Source of the DNA: Candidatus Micrarchaeia archaeon
Lineage (GTDB): Archaea; Micrarchaeota; Micrarchaeia; Burarchaeales; JACRGF01
Direction: 5' to 3'
Assembly (NCBI GenBank): GCA_038870455.1
Contig: JAWCPB010000021.1
Location: 1-21,035 of the forward strand
Length of the DNA: 21,035 bases
Part shown: positions 15,388-21,035 of the stretch, in pieces
Layout: the number at the start of each line of letters is the position of its first letter
Position numbering within the stretch: the stretch's first letter is position 1
The notes under the pieces: generated by a model
The model's database searches: none
The model's input: the letters and a program-made list of their open reading frames with translations, nothing else
Told to the model about the DNA's origin: nothing
Made by a program: the position numbers and the translations under genes

Positions 15388-16110
15388 TCACTCTATTATT
15401 TTCCCTGGGCCAGGCCATCTGGAGATAATACGGCGCGCTGGCCTGAGCGGGCCGCGGTAAAAGCGCCTGCCGAATGGGCAGAGGCGGTAGAGCGGGCACC
15501 GGCCGCAGTTCGGCTTCCTGGCTGTGCACAGCGTGCGGCCGTGCTCGATGAGGTTGATGTGGAAAGAGAATTTCTTGGAGTCCGGAACAAGGCGTTCGAG
15601 CTGTTCTTGAGCTTTGGCGCGATTGAACCTCTCCGAAACCATGCCGAGCCTCTTTGCAACTCTGAAGACGTGCGTGTCGACGGGAAAAGCCGGCTTGCCG
15701 AAGGCGAAGTTGAGCACGACCGCAGCGCTCTTTGGGCCAACGCCTTTTATGGAGGTGAGGAAAGCGCGCGCCTCGGCGAGAGGCCGCGCGGCGAGAAAGG
15801 CGAGCGAGAGCATCCCCCTCCTCTTCCTTATCTCGGCGAGCGCGCCCTTGATGCGCGCGGCCTTAACGTTGGCCAGCCCGCCCGGCCGGATGGCCGCCGC
15901 GATGGAAGGCGTGGGTGCGGCGGCAAGCGCGCGCCAGGTGGGAAAGCGCTGCCTCAAAGCCGCAAAAGCGCGGTTTGAGTTGGCGTCCGAAGTGTTCTGG
16001 CTGAGGATGACGCGCACGAGAGAGGAGAGTGGGTCGGCCTTCGGCCGGCGCGGAACGCCATAAACGCGCTCGAGCGTTGAAACGACGCGAAAAAGCCTGC
16101 CTGCGGCCAC
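15388..16110 (-). CDS. nth: Endonuclease III family DNA glycosylase (HhH-GPD, 4Fe-4S)
   Basis: ILSQNTSD, HhH motif GVGPKSA, FPVDTHVFRV and Fe-S motif CTARKPNCGRCPLYRLC (C-x6-C-x2-C-x5-C). Confidence 0.92.
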   Translation of the reverse strand: MAAGRLFRVVSTLERVYGVPRRPKADPLSSLVRVILSQNTSDANSNRAFAALRQRFPTWRALAAAPTPSIAAAIRPGGLANVKAARIKGALAEIRKRRGMLSLAFLAARPLAEARAFLTSIKGVGPKSAAVVLNFAFGKPAFPVDTHVFRVAKRLGMVSERFNRAKAQEQLERLVPDSKKFSFHINLIEHGRTLCTARKPNCGRCPLYRLCPFGRRFYRGPLRPARRIISRWPGPGKIIE

Positions 16111-16129
16111 AAAGGGTTTCGGCGCAGGC

Positions 16130-16140
16130 TATTTTAAAAA
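16130..16140. promoter_or_regulatory. Shared TATA-like box between nth and glutaredoxin
   Basis: TATTTTAAAAA (near-palindromic TTTTAAAA) is the main AT-rich element in the 57-bp divergent spacer. Confidence 0.5.
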
Positions 16141-16167
16141 GGTGCGCGAATACTGTGTGGTGGTGCT

Positions 16168-16404
16168 GTGCCTGCAGTGAAAATCTATTCCACTCCGACG
16201 TGCCCGTACTGCGCCATGGCGAAAAGGCTTTTCCAGGAGAACGGGGTGAAATACATCGATGTGGATGTATCGCGCGACGAGGCTGCGGCGCGCGAGATGA
16301 TAGCCAAGAGTGGGCAGATGGGCGTGCCGGTCATTGAGATAGACGGAAAGATAATCATCGGATTCGACGCGCCGGCCATACGCAGGGCGCTCGGGCTCGA
16401 GTGA
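16168..16404 (+). CDS. Glutaredoxin-like protein (NrdH/YruB type)
   Basis: VKIYSTPTCPYC, SGQMGVPVI and IIGFD; GTG start preceded by GGTGGTG. Confidence 0.93.
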   Translation: MPAVKIYSTPTCPYCAMAKRLFQENGVKYIDVDVSRDEAAAREMIAKSGQMGVPVIEIDGKIIIGFDAPAIRRALGLE

Positions 16405-16409
16405 GCTGA

Positions 16410-16592
16410 ATGCGAGCCAAGCTAAAGTGCCCCGTGTGCGGCGGGCTCACCGAGCTCGAGGTGCCTGGCGACAGGTGCATTCCATTCTACAACTGCGCTG
16501 TCTGCAAAAAGTTTATCCGCGCACCAAGAGAAAGCTGTTGTGTGGTGTGCAGCTACGGCGACGTGCGGTGTCCTGTCAGCCACGTCAGGTAA
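16410..16592 (+). CDS. Small Cys-rich protein, GDCCVxC-domain-like
   Basis: 60 aa with CPVC, C..FYNCAVC and CCVVCSYGDVRCP, matching the xxCCVxCSYG..xCP signature; starts 5 nt after the glutaredoxin stop. Confidence 0.8.
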   Translation: MRAKLKCPVCGGLTELEVPGDRCIPFYNCAVCKKFIRAPRESCCVVCSYGDVRCPVSHVR

Positions 16593-16597
16593 GCCGC

Positions 16598-16693
16598 GCG
16601 GTATAAAGTTAACCGTGGTGGCGCCGCCAAGGCCTTTGCGGGCCGCCGCAAAAAGGGTCGCGCGACGCGCCACCCTGAATAACTTAATAGCGC
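16598..16693. repeat. Imperfect inverted repeat / MITE-like quasi-palindrome
   Basis: 16598-16624 versus the reverse complement of 16667-16693 match at 21/27 positions. There is an inner TTTGCGG/CCGCAAA stem, and AAGCCGC occurs at 16591-16597 and 16697-16703. Confidence 0.6.
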
Positions 16694-16702
16694 CAGAAGC
16701 CG

Positions 16703-19081
16703 CTACAGCTTTATCTGAGACGGAGGAGGGGTCTGCACGGGCGGAGTTGGCGCGGGTGGCGGCGCGGATGGCGCAGGCGGAGCCGCGAAGCCGGCCTCTG
16801 CGCGAAGCGCGGCCTGCTCCCTCAGGAACTCCTCCACAAGCTCCTTGTACATCTTGTCCCACAGAGGCTCGAGCTCGGCGTAATCAATCTCGCCGCTCGC
16901 CTTCTCCTTGTCCTTGAGCAGCTTGTTGGCGTGGGAAGAGCACTTGAGCACGAAATCCATTTCCATGAAGTTCTTGTTGCCTGTCTCCCTCGCCGTGGCC
17001 ACGATCTGCGAGTACATCTTTCCCTTGAAGAAAGCCTGCAGTATGAACTGCTTTGGGTCGATGCCCACCTCGGCAGAACGCCGTTCGAGCGCAGGGGGAA
17101 TGAAAACCTGCTCGAGCCTCCTTGCCATGTCGGCCACGCTCACCCCGCTGAGGTCCCAGGCGTGAGCCTCCGGGTTCTTGAGGAACAGACAGGCCACGCG
17201 CGAGCCCTTGATGTCGGGCCCCCTCTCGAAGCGGAATGTCTCGGTGAACTCCTTGTGCTGCGGGTCTGACTCGAACGAGGCGCCGAGGACACGAAAGACG
17301 CGGCCCTTTCTGCCGAACCGGATTTTCTTGAGGAAGGAATAGCGGTCGGTCGCGTACATGGCAGCGCCCGGCACACCGAACACGAGCTCGAGGCGCGAGC
17401 GGATGTCCTCCAGCGACTGGGCGTGGAGGTTGTAAAGACAGAACACGCCGGGCTGGGTGTTCAACAGGTTTATGATGCCCTGGATGGCCAGGCGGGAGCG
17501 CACCTCGTTGATGATAAGCGCAGCGTCGCCCATGCGCAGGCTCGCGCCGGCCATGGTGACGAGCGACAGCTCGCTGCCGCGCTCCTCCTCTTCCTTCTCG
17601 CTCGCCATGACCTTCATGGTGCCGATGTGGAAGCCGCGCTTGCGGTAGGCAATGGTCGGAATCTCCTCTATGTCCTGAATGGGCAGAATACGGCGGCGCG
17701 TGCCGATGGCGATCATCTTGGCGGCCGTGAAGGCCGTCTTGCCCACTCCCTTGAGGCCCAGCACGGCCTCGCTGCAGCCCAGCGACACCATGACGTCGTC
17801 ATAGCCGGCCGCGAAGGCCGACATGCTGTAGTTGGCCAGGTACTGAGCGTAAGTGAAGGGCGTTTCCTTTGACATGCGCAGCGCGGCCTGCCTCTCGCCG
17901 AAGGTTGCGGGCGGGCCCTGCAGGTGCACGCGCATGTTCAGGCGCGGCAGGAAAATGTCGATGATGGGGTTGTTGCGGTCGAACTTGCGGCCCTTGGCCT
18001 GGGCCATGATGTTGCGCACCATGTAGTCCATGAGGTCGCGGGAATACCTCCACAGCGTGTGGCACAGCCCGAACTTGGAGTGCTCGATGTACATGGGCGT
18101 GTTCTCGCTGTCGATGTATATGTCGGTGATGTTGGCGCGGTCGAGCGCCATGTTCTCGATCGGCGCGCCCAGGCCGACGACCCACGCGACAGCCTCGCGC
18201 GCCATGGCGAGCGACTGCTCGGGTGTGATGGGGATCTTCTTGAGCGCGCACTCGTTCAGGAAGTGCTGGCGGAACTCGTGCATCTTGGTGTCGTACATGG
18301 CGGTGTAATCCACGGCCTCCTCAATGGTCTTGGTGCCGAGGTTGGCCGCGATGGCCTCGCGCAGCATCTTTTTTAGGGGATCGGGCAGGCTCTGCAGCAC
18401 GGGATTCTCCTGAGTGTAGAGGTTGGCCTCGCCCTTCTCAAGCTCGTATATTCTGACCTTGATGCCATAGCCCAGCTCGTAGCTCGCCTCAGGGTCGGCA
18501 ATCGGCTTGGCGTCAGGGGGGATCTCGAGCGCCAGCATGTTCACGAAAGCCGCGGTCTTAAGCCCGACGAGGGAGACGAAGGCTTCGCGCATGTCGCCCT
18601 TCTCCTTCACCAGGCCGTACATGCGCGTGCGCTGCAGCCTCTGCAGGATGCCGGCGAGCGTGGCCTTGAACTTCTTGTAGCCGTCCATGAAAACCGCGCG
18701 CGTGGGCAGTGGCTCTGACCATTCCTGAATGGCCTGGCCGGCGAGAAGCGGGTTCTGAAACAGCGCCTCGTAAATCTTCTGCAGGGCCTTCTTCCTCAGC
18801 GGATAGGCATCGTCCTGCGGGTGGCCGAAAGTCTCGGGGTTCACGCACAGCGACTCCACGTCGCGCGCCAGGTCGATGTACTCGAGGATGAGCGCGGTCT
18901 TGTCCTCGTCGAGCCTGAAAACCAGCTCCTCCTCGTACCGCGCGGTCTTGACGCCCTTTGTCTCGGCGCGAATGGAGAGTTCCTTGAAGTGGGAGTTCAC
19001 GCACTCTGGAGAGCAGAACTCGATGTAGTCGGCCGCGCAGTCCATGACCGCAACGCGCCCCTCGACACGCATGATGCACAT
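16703..19081 (-). CDS. Divergent type II/IV secretion (VirB11/CpaF/FlaI-like) ATPase
   Basis: ITDIYID, Walker A GLKGVGKT, Asp box IQDIEEI, Walker B SLRMGDAALIINEVR and His-box remnant YNLHAQS. Long N-terminal extension and Pro-rich C-tail. The start may be 19072. Confidence 0.82.
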   Translation of the reverse strand: MCIMRVEGRVAVMDCAADYIEFCSPECVNSHFKELSIRAETKGVKTARYEEELVFRLDEDKTALILEYIDLARDVESLCVNPETFGHPQDDAYPLRKKALQKIYEALFQNPLLAGQAIQEWSEPLPTRAVFMDGYKKFKATLAGILQRLQRTRMYGLVKEKGDMREAFVSLVGLKTAAFVNMLALEIPPDAKPIADPEASYELGYGIKVRIYELEKGEANLYTQENPVLQSLPDPLKKMLREAIAANLGTKTIEEAVDYTAMYDTKMHEFRQHFLNECALKKIPITPEQSLAMAREAVAWVVGLGAPIENMALDRANITDIYIDSENTPMYIEHSKFGLCHTLWRYSRDLMDYMVRNIMAQAKGRKFDRNNPIIDIFLPRLNMRVHLQGPPATFGERQAALRMSKETPFTYAQYLANYSMSAFAAGYDDVMVSLGCSEAVLGLKGVGKTAFTAAKMIAIGTRRRILPIQDIEEIPTIAYRKRGFHIGTMKVMASEKEEEERGSELSLVTMAGASLRMGDAALIINEVRSRLAIQGIINLLNTQPGVFCLYNLHAQSLEDIRSRLELVFGVPGAAMYATDRYSFLKKIRFGRKGRVFRVLGASFESDPQHKEFTETFRFERGPDIKGSRVACLFLKNPEAHAWDLSGVSVADMARRLEQVFIPPALERRSAEVGIDPKQFILQAFFKGKMYSQIVATARETGNKNFMEMDFVLKCSSHANKLLKDKEKASGEIDYAELEPLWDKMYKELVEEFLREQAALRAEAGFAAPPAPSAPPPAPTPPVQTPPPSQIKL

Positions 19082-19099
19082 GCTCAGCCTAGTGCGCTC

Positions 19100-19152
19100 A
19101 CGGGGTTTTTATAAGTTTGCGGCAGAGCGTGAAAAGATATTTTAAGTTAAAG
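19100..19152. promoter_or_regulatory. Divergent promoter region ATPase/fbp
   Basis: TTTTTATAAG (about 19106-19115) and GATATTTTAAGTTAAA (about 19136-19151) in the divergent spacer. Confidence 0.5.
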
Positions 19153-19192
19153 CATGCTAGTGTTACCACCGCGTTTTGGTGAGGGGGAGAAA

Positions 19193-20326
19193 ATGGCCGA
19201 GACAAAAGAGGGTTTCAGGATAACGCTTTCTGTCATAAAGGCCGATGTTGGGGGATTCACCGGGCACTCGAGCGTGCACCCGGCGCTCATTGAGGAAGCG
19301 AACAGGCACCTCGAGAAGGCGAAAAAAGCAAAGCTTCTCATCGACTACCACGTGACCCACTGCGGCGACGACCTCGAGCTCATCATGACGCACACCAAAG
19401 GAGTGGACGCGGCGCCAGTGCATGAGCTGGCCTGGAACACGTTCAAGGCATGCACCGAAGTCGCCAAGCGGCTCAAGCTATACGGCGCCGGCCAAGACCT
19501 GCTCGTCGATGCGTTCACCGGAACGGTGAGGGGCATCGGGCCGGGCATAGCGGAGATGGAATTCACTGAGAGGAAGAGCGAGCCGGTCATAGTGTTCATG
19601 ATGGACAAGACCGAGCCAGGCGCGTTCAACCTGCCCATCTACAGAACCTTCGCCGACCCGTTCAACACCATCGGCCTCGTCATCGACCCCGCCATGCAGA
19701 GAGGCTTCCGGTTTGAGGTGTGGGACATCAAAGAACACAAGAGGATATTCATGAACATGCCCGACGAAATGTACGACGCGCTCACGCTGGTCGGCGCGCA
19801 GTCCAAGTACGTCATCAAGAGGGTTTATCCGAGGGATGGGGGGAAGCTTCCGCCCGAGGAGCCTGTTGCCGTAGTGAGCACCGAAAAGCTCAGCGAAATA
19901 GCCGGCGGGTATGTGGGCAAGGACGACCCAGTGGCCGCGGTGAGGTGCCAGGCGGGCCTGCCGGCCCAGGGTGAAGTGCTCGAGCCGTACGCATTTCCGC
20001 ACATCGTCGCGGGCTGGATGAGGGGAAGCCACAACGGCCCGCTGCTGCCGTGCTCGGTCGAAACCGCGACGCCCACGCGGTTCGACGGCCCGCCGAGAGT
20101 GGTGGCGCTCGGCTTCCAGCTCAACCACGGCCAGCTCGTCGGGCCGTTCGACCTGTTCAAAGACATCGCGTTCGACCTTGCCAGACACCGCGCGCTCGAG
20201 ATGGCGGATTATCTGAGGGCGCACGGGCCTTTCGAGCCCCACCGCCTTCCGCTGCCGGAAATGGAGTACACCACGCTGCCAAAGGTCATCGCAAAACTCA
20301 AGGACAGGTGGCAGGCGCTGGGCTAG
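19193..20326 (+). CDS. fbp: Bifunctional fructose-1,6-bisphosphate aldolase/phosphatase (FBPase class V)
   Basis: SVIKADVGG, HCGDD, LYGAGQDLL, DKTEPGAFN, YVGKDDP, GWMRGSHNGP, HGPFEPHRL and MEYTT. ATG 19193 follows an SD-like GGTGAGGGGGAG (the ORF track start at 19154 is less likely). Confidence 0.96.
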   Translation: MAETKEGFRITLSVIKADVGGFTGHSSVHPALIEEANRHLEKAKKAKLLIDYHVTHCGDDLELIMTHTKGVDAAPVHELAWNTFKACTEVAKRLKLYGAGQDLLVDAFTGTVRGIGPGIAEMEFTERKSEPVIVFMMDKTEPGAFNLPIYRTFADPFNTIGLVIDPAMQRGFRFEVWDIKEHKRIFMNMPDEMYDALTLVGAQSKYVIKRVYPRDGGKLPPEEPVAVVSTEKLSEIAGGYVGKDDPVAAVRCQAGLPAQGEVLEPYAFPHIVAGWMRGSHNGPLLPCSVETATPTRFDGPPRVVALGFQLNHGQLVGPFDLFKDIAFDLARHRALEMADYLRAHGPFEPHRLPLPEMEYTTLPKVIAKLKDRWQALG

Positions 20327-21035
20327 CGGCGCAGTTTCTTGAAAACACGAGGGAGGTAACCGAGCAAGTCGCTTGCCAGCAGAGAATACCCAAGCTCCTT
20401 GAAAGCGAGGTCGCCGGCCGCTCCGTTGATGAAAGCAGCGAGACAGGCGGCCTCAAAGCGGCCGTGGCCCTGGGCGAGCAGGGCGCCGAGAACGCCGGCG
20501 AGAACGTCGCCCGTGCCGCCGACAGTCATGGCCGCGTTGCCCGTCTTATTGAACGCGACGCGCTCGCCGTCGCTCACCACATCAACAACACCCTTGAGCA
20601 AAACAACCACACCCAACTCACGCGCGGCCCGGCGGACTTGCACGCCGCGCGCCTCGGCTGCCCCCTCCGGCGCGCCGAAGCCCAGGCGCTTGAACTCGCC
20701 TGCGTGAGGAGTGACGACGGCCTTCTCGTGAGAAACGAAACCGATGGCATCACCATCAATAACACACGGCCCGCGCCAATCAGCCAGAATCGCTTTGGCC
20801 GCGTTGAGAACGCTCTCTTGCTTTGTTAAGCCATTACCAATGACAAGCGCATCGCACTTGCCGGAAACATCTTTGAAAGTAGCAACGCTGTTGTTGTTGA
20901 GCACCTCGCCCTCAAAATCCCAGACTATCAAGTCGGGAGAAAGCGCGGCGGCTGATTTGGAAATATAATTTGGGATGAGGAGGTAAGAGAGATCGGCGCC
21001 GGAGCGCAGGGCAGCCAAGCCGACAAGCACCGGCG
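20323..21035 (-). CDS. nnrD: ADP-dependent NAD(P)H-hydrate dehydratase (partial, 5' end outside the window)
   Basis: AALRSGAD, VIGNGL, VIDGDA, VTPHAGEFKRL, LLKG and GGTGDVLAG. Confidence 0.92.
   Translation of the reverse strand, partial: PVLVGLAALRSGADLSYLLIPNYISKSAAALSPDLIVWDFEGEVLNNNSVATFKDVSGKCDALVIGNGLTKQESVLNAAKAILADWRGPCVIDGDAIGFVSHEKAVVTPHAGEFKRLGFGAPEGAAEARGVQVRRAARELGVVVLLKGVVDVVSDGERVAFNKTGNAAMTVGGTGDVLAGVLGALLAQGHGRFEAACLAAFINGAAGDLAFKELGYSLLASDLLGYLPRVFKKLRR

Noticed and set aside
16598-16693. SECIS element for the upstream GDCCVxC-like gene
   Set aside because: The gene has no in-frame UGA, and I cannot place the archaeal GAA/A SECIS core in the stem.
1-21035. CRISPR array, transposase, prophage or defence system
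   Set aside because: No regularly spaced repeats or corresponding protein motifs seen; nearly all sequence is explained by housekeeping genes.

Overview
High-GC archaeal chromosomal segment of mostly housekeeping genes. By inference it is DPANN/Micrarchaeota-like, based on archaeal Pth2, NurA, SRP54, FBP aldolase/phosphatase, a divergent VirB11-type ATPase and a multi-intron tRNA. Gene order: partial secreted/lipoprotein gene, membrane protein, nurA | pth2, htpX | glycogen debranching enzyme, two tandem DsbA-family proteins, small membrane protein, ilvE | trpD, trpC | tRNA-Ile(UAU) with two introns | srp54 | CPA2 antiporter, small PC4/Whirly-like protein, frameshifted Cys-rich exported protein | Na+/Ca2+ exchanger | endonuclease III | glutaredoxin, GDCCVxC-like Cys-rich protein | 96-bp quasi-palindromic element | divergent type II/IV secretion ATPase | fbp | partial nnrD. 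The most notable features are (1) a tRNA-Ile with the rare UAU anticodon, a 37/38 intron and a long 59/60 T-loop intron; (2) a MITE-like inverted-repeat element with a 7-bp flanking direct repeat; (3) two probable single-base frameshifts; (4) orphan nurA and orphan secretion ATPase genes; (5) an isolated trpD-trpC pair. No CRISPR array, transposase, integrase or clearly complete novel multi-gene system is evident.
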